Assembly (NCBI RefSeq): GCF_009914755.1
Contig: NC_060927.1
Strand: one strand, 5' to 3'
DNA: 64,000 bases
Source of the DNA: the human T2T-CHM13v2.0 reference genome, Homo sapiens
The notes under the pieces were generated by a model. It was not told the DNA's origin. It worked only from the letters and a program-made list of their open reading frames with translations, and did not search any database. How positions within the stretch are numbered: the stretch's first letter is position 1; every line of letters begins with the position of its first letter. The translations under genes were made by a program, and so were the position numbers. Positions 39,070 to 56,940 of this stretch are shown piece by piece.

Positions 39070-39694
39070 AGTACATGAAATCAAGGGACTTCTGCCATTG
39101 AGGAAATGTAATGAACTGTTTCTACAGAGAAAAGTTGGTGGCTGCCACTTTACTCTAGTGGTGAAGGGCACAGGACTTGGGAGTAAACTCACATAGACTG
39201 AATCCACTATATATGTGACCTTGGGTGAGCTACCTCATAGGGGGCTGTTTCCTATCACACAATAGATTCCTCATGGTGTTATTTAAATAACGCATATAAA
39301 TGCTTTAGCACAGACGTTTGTTTAAACTCAATGAAAGAGGGCTGCTTTCATTTTGAACCTTCTGTTCTTTAAATGTTTTTCTTTACATTCATGTAGATGT
39401 ACATGCTTGCAGAGGAAAAAAAATAAGAACACAAAATAGGTAGAAAAATGGAAAAACAGTGGCCTCTGTGGAACAATTTGTGGCAGTTGAAAAAGGCTTT
39501 CCTAGTCAGGCATATCTCACCAAAGGGGCCCAGGAGCAGTCGAGAAGCTCTAATTAAAAATTCAGTGTATTCCTCAGGCAAACCCCTGTGAACATGCATA
39601 TATTTTAGAAGGAGATTAACCCATTAACTAGTAATATTTAGCATGGCACATTAAACAAATGCTAGTTTAATAGCTAGTGGCAGAATTCATCTTA

Positions 39695-40282
<588 letters not shown>

Positions 40283-40839
40283 TTATTATAAAATAAATAA
40301 AATTATTAATTATATTAGTGCAGCTTTATGACCCCAAACCTAGGGTAAGACTCTACACATAGCCCTGAATTGTCTGGACTTTGGGCAGTGAAGGGATTTG
40401 GATAATGTCCAGGAAGAAGACACATGCAGAAATGGGCAGAAGATATAAAGAGTGGGCTAATTGCACAGCGGAGGAGACTTCCAGAAACAAAGGTAGAATC
40501 CAATGGTCTAAGTCCAGAGTACAAGCTATCCCAAAAGTTCTGGGGTAAGAGTGAAATGTGCAGGGAGGGGAAGGGATGCCTCCTTTCCCACCACATTTAG
40601 GAAAAAGGGCTGAGTCCATCTAATTAAATCTCAAAGGATGAAGTGACCCAGCTGCATGTTGGTTCCTCTAGCTCTCTTTCTTCCTAGCTCTCTAACAGCT
40701 ACGGAAAAGCTAAAAGAAGGACACAGAGGGCCTAGCGCCCAGGGTTGACCAAAGGGATTAGAGGACAAAGCTGGGAGAGATGACACATAAGGGGCATCAA
40801 ATGGAGGCACCTTAACAGAAGATAGTTATTATGAATAGA

Positions 40840-41095
40840 GGCCGGGCATGGTGGCTCACACCTGTAATCCCAGCACTTTGGTGGATGGATCACTTCAGGT
40901 CAGGAGTTCGAGACCAGCCTGACCAACATGGCAAAACCCCATCTCCATTAAAAATACAAAAATTAGTCCAGCGTGGTGGCACCTCTCCTGAGGCAGGAGA
41001 ATCGCTTGAACCCAGGAGGCAGAGAGTGCAGTGAGCTGAGATTGTGCCATTACACTCCAGCCTGGGCAACAGAGTGAGTCTCTCTCTCTCTCCCC

Positions 41096-41133
<38 letters not shown>
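40840..41133 (+). mobile_element. AluS with internal deletions and a compound (CT)n(GT)n(AT)n microsatellite tail
   Basis: Alu dimer followed by TCTCTC..GTGTGT..ATATAT at ~41079-41133. Confidence 0.9.
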
Positions 41134-41135
<2 letters not shown>

Positions 41136-41382
41136 TAGAGAGGGGCACCTGTGGCTTGAGCAAGCCCTGAAGAGATTACAAATTAACATTTTAAATATTA
41201 TTCACCTAAATTTAAATTTGGATATATGTTATTTGGGTAAGTGATCAAATACCAGATTGCTTGTGATAAATTACTTAGAGATATTCAATCTGTAACATGA
41301 CAAATACAATGAAAAAATAACAGGAATTTTTTTAATGAAAATGGCACTTTTTCCTCCCAGCAGTCTGTTTAAAAGAGTTAAA

Positions 41383-41731
<349 letters not shown>

Positions 41732-42595
41732 TTATTAATTGAACACCTTGGAAACATGCAGATAAATGTCCCACCTTGGAGAATTTGAGATAAGTGTGAA
41801 TAGAAATGAAGAGAAATTACCAAGATTTACCAGTTCACACTCACAACCATCACACTCTGTTTATTCAAAGCTGCCTACAGATGCATGATATCAAATTAAA
41901 CCTTTAATGTATTCTGATGTCAAGGGAGCTTACAATCATAAGGCCTGTTCTTAGGTTCACACTTGGGTCTTTGTACATAGTAGAGGCCATAAAACCAGGT
42001 AAACAGCAAAAGGCTGTTGTGAAACAAGACAAATGAGAGTTCCATGTGTTATCAAGAAATTCAAGCTGTTTCCTGTGATGAAAAATACATAGATATACAT
42101 ATTCATTATATTCCTAAGAATAGTAGTACCATAATGCATTCATTTACAGGCATATTAATATGACAAAAGAAATGATGAAATTTGGTTCTTTGCCTGAAGA
42201 AAGACTTGTTATAAATAGGAAAGCTGGCCAGGTGTCCAGTGATCCTAAAAATAGGTAAGCTTCCACTGCGAAAGCCATCACCACACACGAAATAATGAGA
42301 GAAACACAAGCTCACTCTATGGAAAACATCCACCAAGAAATAGCCAAAATAATTCCTTTCATTTGACCATAAACCCATCAAAACTTCATGGAATGTGGTT
42401 ACATTATTTATGCAGTGCCTGCATTCAGTAAACCTTACATGCTGTAGCGTTCTTAAATAATGAGAGAGTTAGACGGACAAACTTTCATGGGATTTGTTCT
42501 CTAATAGAAATTCAACTATCAATGTAAATCTTCAGAATCCTGAGGAATTTTCTGCTGAAATAAACAGCCACCAACACAAAATGACCTAGAAATAG

Positions 42596-42949
<354 letters not shown>

Positions 42950-43044
42950 TAACTAATTCAGTGTGCAAGAAGGAGTGTTATAAAAGAAAAAAAAATCTAA
43001 CTACTTAAAGTGAATCACTTTTATCCTTTAAAAAAAAGAAATTT

Positions 43045-43367
<323 letters not shown>

Positions 43368-44741
43368 TCAAAAGGATTATAAAAGGATTATAGTCAGATT
43401 CTGAGAGGCTGGTCCTCAACTATAGGAACAAGGAAACAGTCATTTTTTAATGAAAAGTAGCCCAATACTAATGTGTGTCTGAAGTCTTAATCAGCATGAT
43501 GTCATGGAAACTAAACCTATTTGATACCAGCAGATGTGACCCACTTTTTCTTTTTCATTGCATTTTGTTTCCGGTTTAATGTTCGGGAATGCAGTGGTAG
43601 ACTCTTGTCCTACCTCCTAGCAGTTTTGTCTGCAAAGAGCTGTTTTCCCATCCACAGTCTTCCAAAGAGCAAACTGTCAATGGAATGATTTTGACGAATA
43701 AATGACTTGTTTTGCAATACAAAAGCAAAAGTTACAGCCGATAAACAATCAACTTAGTAACAAATGTTACATATTAAAGGTATATGTCAATGAAGGATAA
43801 CACTCATTATGGAAAAATAAAAGCTAGAGAGTTACAGGAGATATGCCAATGTTCTCTCATCATACTGCACAATATTATAATAATTAGGCGTTCAAAGGAA
43901 TAGATGATATTCCTTTGTACATACTTAAGATGTGGAGGATAAGACTATATATTATCCCTTTTTTAAAAAGCTCATTTATTGTTGTATCACAAAAGTAAAG
44001 CTGTTTAACCTGTAGAGCAGCTATTTTGTTTAGGTCTTCACCTGTAATTTTTGAAATTTTTGAAACTGTGGTGCCATTACTTACCAACGCGAGAAATGCA
44101 CTTTATAAAGTGTAACTGCTCGGGTTGAGGGGACCAACAAGAGGATCAGATCTAAGAGAAACCTCTCCCAAAGACTAGTCTTCACCCCTCCCCCACTACT
44201 CCTTTGAGAAGGAAAGAGTAAATGTTAGCCTTGGGTACAAAATTGGCATTGTTTTATTTATTTCTTGCTTTATTTCTTGATATAAAAAATGTGAAAAGCT
44301 TACAAATTTCTAGGCAAAAAGCACACTTCAGGATTTTTTTAAATGTAAGCAAAAAACCTCTATGGGTATATAACAAGATCTGAGCATAAACTTTAACAGA
44401 ACAAACTAAAACCTGCTAGCTTATCCTCTCTTGCTCCTGCCACAGACCATCTACCCACAGGTTCTCTTTGTTCACTGCATTCAGCAGCCTTCTCTGGAGC
44501 TGCTCTCCTTGTCTACCCTGGAGTGAAAGAAGGCATAGTTTTCATAGTACAAAAGTACTCACATACTTTTGTACTCCTTCAACCAACATTTAAAAAGTAA
44601 TATTGTACAAACTTGCAAACTGTTTCTGTCTTCAATTTACAATTTTAAATAGGCTGATTTCACTTTACAGAGTGGGAGAAAAAAAAATCTAAGTCTGCAG
44701 TTATTCATGTGAGTGGGCTTTTTGCTACAGGTGAACAGATA

Positions 44742-44757
44742 TTGCCATCTACTGTTG
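44742..44757 (-). promoter_or_regulatory. Candidate CTCF motif
   Basis: Reverse complement CAACAGTAGATGGCAA resembles the CTCF core CCASYAGRKGGCR; motif only. Confidence 0.35.
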
Positions 44758-45126
44758 AGAAAAAATAAAAGAGTTAAGCCAAAAGTTTTCAGCCTTCTTG
44801 AGGTCTTGACAGATCATAAATTTAAAATGGAAAAAAAAATGACTTTATGAAAGTAGTCAGTTTCTTTTTACTTATACAGCTATTTAGCATTTGTAATTTG
44901 AGAACTAAAGAGAAGAAAAAGCATAATAAACCAGAAAACTTTCTTCTCTAAAATCAGAAAAATTGCTGTGAGTAATTATTCTTAGTTTCGATTAAAGTTG
45001 AAAGCAAATCATGTTTTACTGAGTTCCATTTGGCCCACAATATTAGCTGCTGCAATCGAGAAGAAATATAAGTAATGTCTCTTTTTAATTACCTTAACTT
45101 CATTTCAAAATTTACCTTATGAATAG

Positions 45127-45498
<372 letters not shown>

Positions 45499-47489
45499 CA
45501 AAGTCAGTTTTTAACTTTACATTTAGCTATTAATATTCTTTTGAAAAATAGAGTAGCTACCACTTAGCCTTCTTTAGGCCTCTAGTAGTACATACTTAAG
45601 CTCAAATTTACAGAAAGCCCCTTTAGGGCAAAATGCTACCATAAAAGCAATGCATCTGAGTCAGAGAACCCAGCCATGTTCAACTTCTCCCACAACCTCT
45701 CCCACTAGGAAAGGGAGACAGAGCTCTGAGCCTCAGATCAATCAATGTGAGGAATGACCTGTCTTTATTCTGGTGGCTGGTGTTGAGCTGGAGGAAATGA
45801 TTTGGTGGCCGAAATTCAGTTGTTTTTGCACATAAAAAAGTATTTTCCCCTCTAAAAAATATTTATTTAACTCTGTCAACCACCACACCAAGCACCACAC
45901 CACGTCCTGTAACAGCTATCTTGTATTCGAATGACGCGAATGTGAAGCGTAATGTGTGGATTGTGAGGAACAAGCCCCCACCATGAATGTCTGCGAAGAA
46001 AAGGGAAAAAGACCTTTAATCTTTGCAGTGTATTAGGCCAAGTATGAAAGCTGACTACACACTATGCACTATGGAGGATGTGTCTGTGTGTATATCTGTG
46101 TGTGTGTCAAGGGGCTGATGTTTTTAAAATTGGTAACTGATTTTGCTATATTGACAGCTCCGGTTCCAACCATTATGATTTATTCTGCTGGCTTCATTAA
46201 GATATTGTCATCATAACTAAGGCTGGTATAGCATTTACTGTTCATAAAATGCTCTCATGCATGTCAAAATTTGCTCGTTTAACATATGTGTACTAAATAC
46301 CAACCCTGTGCGAGGTTCTCGCAAGCTTCAGGAATACAAAGCTAAAAGACAAGGTATCCCATCTTTCAAAAAGCTTCACAGTCTGGGGAGGTGAAAGGGA
46401 AGCAAACCTCACAGCTGGATTTTAAAACAATGTTAGATGTCCCATGATAGAAGAATGAAGGGGCGCTAAGTAAAATGAAACACAGTAGCTCTGTTTCTGC
46501 TTGGAGGGACACAGCCAGGATCCAGGAAGGTGTAAGTAATCGAAAACTAAATAGCACATGATCTAGCAGAGAAGGGACATTTTCTGAAAACCACAGATCA
46601 TTATGGGATACCACAGGCTCACTGAGTATCAGCAGGTGAGTCTGGTGAGGAAGTGTCAGGCAGAGGTGTCCTGGGCATATATGCCTAGTGTCACATAGGG
46701 AAGGTAAAAAATAAAGGTGATAAAAGGAAAGCTTACAAGCAGAGAAGGAGCAGAGTGTCCGCAATCCCCTGAACTCTCATTATCCCACAGTTTCGGCCCT
46801 GTGTAGATGGGCCACATGTCCATGGCTAACAGTGCAGTAGAAAGGGACCCTGCCCTACAATCCTGTAGGGAACAGGGAACATCTATGCACTTGGATGTCC
46901 CGTGGTCACAGAAGTAGCTTGATAGAAAGGGAGGGTCGGGTCTCTGCAGCCCAGAAACTGGCATCCACCTGTTCTAGTGGGCTAACTCTAACTTGCTGAG
47001 CCAACTTTCTACTCATCTACCAAAAACGGGAACATGAGCCTCCAGTACATCCAGATCTATTGCTTATAAGAGGAATGCAGAACAGGAACTGAATGAAGTC
47101 TCTTGTCCGCCGCAGCAAGGAGGTGATTCGAAACCACAGGTGTCAAGGAACAACCAACTGTTCTTGGGCAGAGAAGTAATAGGATATGATTTCTATTTTA
47201 AAGAGGTCACCAGCATTGTACAAGATAGGTGAAAGATAGGAGACCAGCAGGGAGCTATTGCAGAAGGTCAGACTAGGGGGTCTGACCCAGAGCAAAGAAG
47301 GTGGGGAGGGGCAGTCAGACTGGAGAGATGCCACACAGGGATGAAATGGACAGGACTTCAAGACTGCTTAGATGATGGGGATAGGGGTAAAAGAAGGAAA
47401 GAACAGAGTCTCATATTACCTGGTGTCTGACGGAGTGACAAGATGGACTGGGGAAGACAGAGTAAGGAGGGAGAGAAAAGTCAATAAGG

Positions 47490-48200
47490 CTACTTTTTTC
47501 AACTTATTATTTTGAAATAACTATAGATTCATAGGAAGTTGGAAACATAGTACAGAGAAGTTCCATGTACCCTTCACTTCATCTCCCCTAAAGGGGACAT
47601 CTTACATAATTATAGCACAATATCAAAAGGAGACAATTGACACTGGTACAACACATGTGTAGTTGTCATTTGATCACACCAGTCAATTTACGTAACCACG
47701 AATTCAATTAAGATAAAAAACTATTTCATCACCACGAACATCTCCCTCATGCTACCCCTTCACAGTTACAGCCCCCTTCCCTCCACCACCCCTATTCCCT
47801 GGCAGCCACTAAGCTATTCTCCATCTCTACAATGTTGTTATCTTGAAGATGTCATGTAAATTGAATCATCCAGTATGTGACCTTGTGTGATTGGTTTGTT
47901 TCACCTAGCATAATGCTGGAAGTGCACCCAAGCTGTTGCATGTATCAATAGTTTGTTTTTTTATTGCTCAGTGATATTCCATGGTATGGATGTACCACAG
48001 TTTGTTTAATCAGTCACCCACTGAAGAACTTTTTTTTTCTTTTTTTCTAGTTTGGGGCTATTAAAAATAAAACTGCTATGAACAATTGTGTAAAGGTTTT
48101 TGTATGAACATAAGTTTTCATTTCTCTGGGATAGATGTCTAGGAGTATGATTGGTGGGATACATTGTAAATGTATGTTTAGTTTTTCCAGAAATTGAATA
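47490..48200 (-). mobile_element. L1MB-like 3' end
   Basis: TATTTTGAAATAACTATAGATTCATAGGAAGTTG...TTCCATGGTATGGATGTACCACAGTTTG. Confidence 0.75.
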
Positions 48201-49394
48201 AGGCCAATCTTTCAAGTTAAGTATTATTTTATCCCCATTTTGAAAGTAAGACATGGGAATTATGGTGATTAGCAGTCCAGACTTTGGTGACAAGTAGACT
48301 TAGGGTTGAATCTGGCATTGCCATAATCAACTATGGGATTTGGCAAATTAATTAACCCTGATATAGTTCTATGTCATTTTATCCCACATGTAGATCTTTA
48401 TAACCTTTCAATGACTTCAGAATAGCACCAGAATAATTTCCTGCTTTATTATACACAGAACCAGTAGGATTCCTAGGTATGAAATGCACAATTATGCCAG
48501 TTATCGAATAAGGAAAAGGGAAGCTGGGCTGGATAGAACTGAGAATGCAGGAGAAAATTGAACAGTTTTTACTTAGGTTAAGATGATCAGGGGGTGTATT
48601 GGAGACTGTGATGGGATAAGAGAATAGGAAGTGGCTAAGGTTTGTAACTGGGCAACTGAGAGTGGATCTAGAATAAGCCAGTCTCAAGGCTCATACAGAA
48701 AAAAATATATGACGTGATATATGATTTGATGAAAGACTCTTCAGTTCAGCAAGATTCTGGTTACTGGTAGTTTCTAAGTTACATGTGTTGTGAGGGATTC
48801 AGAGATGAAAGCAAAGGGAAGGATGAAACGTGTATGATCAAGTCAGCAAACATTATGACTCATCCTCTGTAGGTGGTTTAAGGCGAAGTTAAAAAATAAA
48901 GGTGTATCACATTGAGGTGGGGTTGACAATGGGATAAGACCATTTACAACAAGCCAGCTCCAGGTAGGAGTCTAGACAAATAGGAAAGGTCAAATAGAAG
49001 CAGCAATTTAGACAATATATGGCCGAGTTCAAGAAAACCAACAGAAGCAACAAAGGGCAGAAATATGCCTAAGTTCAGGCAACCAGAGTCAGCTATTGGG
49101 AGGTCAGCAGAATTATGGAGCAAGGGCAGTGCATGAATCTGATTTTAGAAAAACAGACTTTTTGCTTATCTATTTTTTGCTGTCTGCTGCTCCTGTGAAG
49201 CCCTGGGCCTTTGAGTATCAGTTCTAGCCAGGAAGAGCTCAAAGACCTGCTATAGTAGACTATCTTTGATGAGAATAAAAGATTGAGATTACCTTACATA
49301 AGATTAGTAGAGGCTAATGTATTGGTTAGGATGCTTTTGACTGCAATAACAGTAACACAACTGAAAGCCTCACATGATAAAGAAATATGTAATG

Positions 49395-49683
49395 TGGCAA
49401 GTGAGGTGGCTCACACCTGTAATCCCAGCACTTTGGGAGGCTGAGGCTGAAGGATTGTTTAAGCCCAGGAGTTCAAGAGCAGCCTAGGCAACATAGCGAG
49501 AACCTGTCTCTACTAATAAAAAATACTGCCACGTGGTGGCATGCATCTGTAGTCCCAGCTACCAGGGAGGCAGAGGCGAAAAGATCTTATGACCCCAGGA
49601 GTTTGATGCTGCAAGTGAGTCGTAATTGCACCACTTCACTCCAGCCTGGGCAAGAGTAAGATCCTGTCTCAAACAAACAAAAA
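49395..49683 (+). mobile_element. AluJ
   Basis: Degenerate sense Alu dimer. Confidence 0.88.
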
Positions 49684-49692
49684 GAAATTTAT

Positions 49693-50074
<382 letters not shown>

Positions 50075-50268
50075 TCAAGGACACCACCCATTCCATCTCC
50101 CTCTGCCTGCCATCCTCATACTTACCCCTTATGGCCACAGTATATTCTCAGGATAAATCTAAAACATTTCTTTTGGGGGTTTAAAATCAGAAAATTTAAA
50201 AATTAATCCTGGTTAGTTAAGTGTTTTGGTTAGTTGAATTCTAACTGACTGAAATTCTTCTTTAGGTC

Positions 50269-50609
50269 TTTTTGTTGTTGTTGTTGTTGTTGTTTTTCTT
50301 TTTTTGTTGATGGTGTTGTTGTTGTTGTTTTTGAGACAGAGTCTTGCTCTGTTGCCTAGGCTGAAGTGCAGTGGTGCAATCTCCATTGCAACCTGCCTTC
50401 CGGGTTCAAGCAATTCTCATGCCTCAGCCTCCTGAGTAGCTGGGATTACACGCATGTGCCACCATGCCTGGCTAATTTTTGTATTTTTAGTAGAGACAGG
50501 GTTTCACCATGTTGGTCATGTTGGTCTCGAACTCCTGACCTCAGGTGATCCACCTGCCTTGGCCTCCAAAAGTGCTGAAATCACAGGCATGAGCCACCAC
50601 GCCCAGCCT
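50269..50609 (-). mobile_element. AluS with a (TTG)n tail
   Basis: Antisense Alu dimer. Confidence 0.92.
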
Positions 50610-50935
50610 AGATCCTTCTTTGTATTTCATATTTTGTCCAAGATTTCACTCTAACATCAGGATCAGATCACTGTCATGGTTTTAGATGAATTTCCTTTAT
50701 TCCCATTCTCAGAACATGAATAGATGACTCTAAATATTTCTTTTAAGGAAGTAAGTGGTACACCTTAAATTTGCATAGCAGTACACTTTCACATGGTTTG
50801 CCTAATCTAATCTTTACAAATATTTGTGAGTTAGAGAGAGCAGATATTAATAGCCTCATTTTAGAGACGAGGAAATAAAGGCTGAAGTTTAAGTGAATTG
50901 CCCAAGGTCACTGAGAAACTACACGGCATAACTGA

Positions 50936-51418
<483 letters not shown>

Positions 51419-53222
51419 TAAATTAGAAAACACAGCATTATAACTAAAACTATGGGAGGGCTTCCAAAGGAGGAATCAGGTCAGATACTCAAGCTAAAAC
51501 TCTAATTTCAGTGCAGTGGAAGAATGGCTGTGTCTTATCCCTTCCCACTCTACAACTAAAGAGTGAAAAAGAGAGAAGTTTGATAAATAAAATGGATCAG
51601 GAAGGTTGCAAGGACAGAGGTAACATTGCTTAAGGGACTGTGTCACAGATCTTGCTTACCCTCAATTTATCCTATATAAAATTCAGTAATAGTAGCTATA
51701 ATACAGTGTTTTGTACTAATAAAATAAGACAATCACCTTAAAACAATCAATAAAGGTAGTTTGAGTGTTAGAAGAATAAAGAAACCCTTGCACATGACCC
51801 AGGCTCTAACTTCAGAGAAAAAAGAAGCCATAAGATATGAACCCCCTTAACTCCCTACCATGAAATCTTTAAACTGACCTGTATCTGATGGCCCATTTCC
51901 TTCCCTTTTGCTCTTTTCTTTTCTATGGAAAATCCCTCTTCTGCTGTACTGCCTTCCTAGAAACCTTTCTCCAGTTCCAGTCATCAACCTTTTTTGTTCT
52001 TCAGATCCCTTCCTATCAGCACATAAACATGGTTATTCAAAGCATTACTCAACTCATTACCCTGTCAGCTAACTCTCCTATTTCTCTCCTCTCCTTCATA
52101 AACTAAAGAACTATCTGTATCTACCATCTCTCCGTTAATTCCTACACCTCAATTCTCAATCTACTGCGTTCTGGCTTTCTGCCTCCCCAGTCCACCAAAA
52201 CTACTCTTACCAATAGACAGGATGACTATATAATGTATTGTCCAAACTGGAATTTTTGAAAATACTATTTAAGTCCTTCTCCCCTGCCCATTGTGCTATG
52301 GCGTAAAACCCTGTTCATTTCCTTCACACTCTGGAATTATATATTTACTAGTTTACTTCGCACTGTCTGTCTTCTAGTTTACTGCCAAACTTCGGGGATA
52401 TTGAAGTTTAGTTGCCCTGGTGCCTGGCATTCCCAGCACCTGGCATAATGTTGGCACTTAGCAGGAGCTCAGTAATTCTTTTTTTTTTTTACACGCAATA
52501 CTTTTATTTTAGACATGCAAGGAAAGCTGTTTCAGAATCTACTAATTTAAAGCAAGCAGCTGTATATAGATAGCAAAAGAAGCAACATTTTGTTACAGCT
52601 TAGCAAGAACTTTTTAGAGAGCTATGTCTGAAGTCTGTTCTGCAATATCTGTTGCTTAATAATAACTCTTTCAAAGCATTAATGTTGAGTTTATATAGTT
52701 CAAAAATTCTAATATTCAGTTTTAACACCTAAATACTTATATTTTACTAGTGATGGCATTCTAATGTATTAAGTCCTCATTTAAATAATTAATACTTTGT
52801 TAACTGTGGCATTATATTTCTGAATTTTAAAACCTTTAATATTGGTAACTATTGCATATTCTTTTAATAAAACAGTAATTCTTTATTGGATGAATGGATA
52901 CATGAATAAGCAGATGAAAAAATAAACAAATACCATGCAGAATACTTTTGGAAAATAGTGGCATAAATACTACAAAATTGAGAATACTATAGCTGGATCT
53001 TTGTCCTCTATTTAAAAAATCAGCAACAGAATCTCTGAGATGAAGGTTGAACAACCAAAAAAGGTCAGAGTTAACACCAGGAAAAAGGTAAGAACGAGTG
53101 GAGAAAAGTCGAGAGAACTGGTGAATTCAAACCATTTCCTCCATTCTTCTCCTTTGATACTTGCTATCTGTATAACCCTGTTTTAATTCCATATCTTGCA
53201 CCAGAGAAAATTACACTAATGA

Positions 53223-53588
<366 letters not shown>

Positions 53589-54096
53589 CAATCTTTCTGG
53601 TTAAGGAACACCATTCTGTCTGATAGAGAGAGGAGACCTTTGAATGTGGAAGTCAAACACTCAGAAGGATTATCAACAGCAGTGCTATTTTTGCTATAGT
53701 CAGGTTGTTGCAATGAATACCAAAGAAAGATTTATTCCATAACAGGAATGACACTTTGGACAGCTATCAAATAACATTTACTTAATTATCTTTTTAACAG
53801 TCACTTTTTAAAGATTAACTTTAAGACAAATATTTAACTAGATAGATATTCTCCTATCAGTTATACATCAATCACATGAATCTGTCTGTAATAAACAAGC
53901 AACCAAATAAGGTGAGAGCTTCTACTGAGAAAAGGAAAAGTGGGAGTGGAAGATGGAGAAAGGTGAGAGAACTGTGAGTTTTTATTATTGTATATCTCAT
54001 TATTGAAAAGCTACACATTGGACACATACACAAAAAAGAAAAAGTCTTTCACCTCTGAGAATAAATATTCCGAGCACGCTCTGTGTCCCAATTTCC

Positions 54097-54388
54097 TTTT
54101 TTTTTTTGAGACAAAGTCTCTCTCTGTTGCCCAGGCCAGAGTGCAGTGGTGTAATTGCCTCACTGCAACCCCCACCTCCTGGGTTCAAGCGATTCTCCTG
54201 CCTCAGCCTCCCAAGCAGCTGGGACTACATGCATGTGCCACCATGCCTGGCTAATTTTTTTGTATTTTTAGTAGAAACAGGGTTTCACCATGTTGGCCAG
54301 GCTGGTCTCGAACTCCTGACCTCAAGTAATCTACCCACCTCGGCCTCCCAAAGTGCTAGGATTATAGGCGTGAGCCACTGCGCCTGGC
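54097..54388 (-). mobile_element. AluS
   Basis: Antisense Alu dimer. Confidence 0.92.
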
Positions 54389-56599
54389 CCCCAGCTTCCT
54401 AGTTTTGGGGCCTACATCCCCGAATAGCACAGGGCTGTAAACAAGATTTGTTCTGCCCCAGAATGACAGCCCCTGTGCCTTTCCTATTTAATATTACAAA
54501 TAATCACAAACCATGTCCATGGTATTTGGTAGTTGCAAAGGGTCTCAAATAGGAGAAAATTTACTTGCAAATATAGCCTCTGAAAGCTGCATGTCCTGTC
54601 TTTACAATGCCATCTGTCATTGTATCCAGGGAAGAGGGGTACAAATTGGGAGAAGAGCTGGTCCCAGAAGTCTCTGAGGCATGCCTCCTGTGTTGTAGAG
54701 AACATTTCCTTCTAGGACAGAAACCACGCTAACCTCTCTTCTAGGACAGTGCCACAATACAATTATTTGGTAAGATAGCAATCATATAGCAGTCATGCCA
54801 ATTTTCCTGCATCAGTTAAGGTACTTTTGAGTGAAGCAACAAAACCCCTGACGCTAACTGGCTAAAACAATCAAGGTGATTCATCAGCTCATGTATTTGA
54901 AAAGTCGAAAGGCAGGGCAAGCTCACACATTTTGGAAAGTCCAAAGGCAGAGCTCCACCTCTCTTTCTCTGTGTTTCCCTGGGCTTTGCCCTTCTTTGTG
55001 AGTTGACTCTGTCCTCAAACTGGCCTCCCTCTTAGTTGCAAGTGACTGATAGGAGCAACACTAGTTACTAACGTCTTCATTCCCATTAAAGGGGAGAAAA
55101 CTCTTACTTCACTCAGCCATTAAACTGAAGTTCAGCACTTTGTTCTGATGAAGCCATCCCAGAACCAATCATGATGGCAAGAGAGGGGATTAGAACCATC
55201 CTTGGATACAGGCAAGAGTCAATCCATCCTACCTATGATGCATGGCTGCAACTGAATGCAGGAGGAGGGTGTGATGCAGGAGAGGCACCACTATGTATGT
55301 ATTCAGCCTCTGCATTGATACCCTTGACCCCCGTGACTTAATACTACACACACACACACACAACTCTGAGAAACAGATTCTGTGTTTTTAGCCATTATCT
55401 CTCTCCCTGCCATCTTTACCTCCTGCTTTATCAAAACTTTTGGCAGGGAAAGCAAGGCAGGAAAGAAGATGAGGAAAGATAAGACAGAGAAGATATAATG
55501 TGTCCTTTATTTTAGTAGTAGAAGGACTCTGGAAACGATTGAATGATTCAATCTGCATAGCTACTCAAGGTTTGCAGCTGTGGCCAGATCTAGTCCTGTT
55601 GACAACCAGATATACATAGTGATCAAGATAAATTCTATTTTGGGAAATTCCAGAAGAGAAAGTAACATAGGTAGATTACCCAGAGGTTCTATACAAGTCT
55701 GGACAATTCTCCTTCAAACAAAATACTACCCTTTGGGTTAGTGATGCACCCTTAGTAATTAAGTAAAGGAACAATCTAAAAACATAAAAAAATTTGTGCA
55801 TAGTTATTCACGATAGCAGTAAAAAAATTGAAAACAAGTTAAATATTCATCTGTAGGTGAAGTGTTACATAGATTATGATACATCCATTAAATGGAACAT
55901 TAGGCAACAATATTAAATAATGGTTCTGAAGGCTCTGTAATAACATGGAATAATATTTATAATTTATTACTAAATAAAAAAGCAGAATTTGACATATAAT
56001 TGTCTAAAATATATATATCAGGTATAAAAAGAGACAGGTATAAAATATATACATCAGGTACAAAGAGAGACTGGAAAGAAATGTACCAAATAATGACCTA
56101 AATTTTAATTTTGTAACTGAAAAACATTAGAAAGCACTATTAATTACAGATATCTACTTAGCATTTGCCTCTGTGCTGGTGAAATCATAGTTACAATTAG
56201 CTGGTCTGTTCTCTGCCCCAACAGCACTCCATCATGCATTCAACAAACAATTATTGAGCACCTGTTATGTACTAGGCACCTGGGATCTGTCAATGAACTC
56301 AATGACTTGGGTTCTGCCCCTATCCTTATAACCCAGTGAAGAACACAGATAAGCAAATAATTTATTGCAAATTAGGAAAACATGTTATAAAGGTAATCAA
56401 CAGAAGATCATAAGAGGAGGGGTAACCTGCTTCAAAAGGGGGTCAGAGAGGATTCTGAGGAGGTGATATCTAAGTTAAGACTTGAGGAGGAGAGAAGGGG
56501 CCAGGAACTACAAGTGCAATTTAAGCAGAGAACCCAGGATGAGAGTTTGGTACAAAGGAGGCTGGTGTGGCTGAAGCACAGTGCAAGAAAAGAAGAGGG

Positions 56600-56940
56600 T
56601 GTATTAGTTTGTTTTCACACTGCTGGTAAAGACATACCCGAGACTGGGAAGAAAAAGGGATTTTATTGGACTTACAGTTCCACCTGGCTGTGGATGACTC
56701 AGAATCATGGTGGGAGGCAAAAGTCACTTCTTACATGGCGGCAGCAAGAGAAAATGAGAGAAGAAGCAAAAGTGGAAACCCCTGATAAACCCATCAGATC
56801 TCGTGAGACTTATTCACTATCACGAGAATAGCATGGGAAAGACTGGCCCACATGATTCAATTACCTCCCCCTGGGTCTCTCCCAAAACACATAGGAATTC
56901 TGGGCGATACAATTCAAGTTGAGATTTGGGTGGGGACACA
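56600..56940 (-). mobile_element. THE1/MST-type MaLR solo LTR inside an L2 relic
   Basis: TGTATTAGTTTGTTTTCACACTGCTG..AAAGACATACCCGAGACTGGG; CCATCAGATCTCGTGAGACTTATTCACT; TSD GAGGG at 56595-56599 and 56941-56945. Confidence 0.9.
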
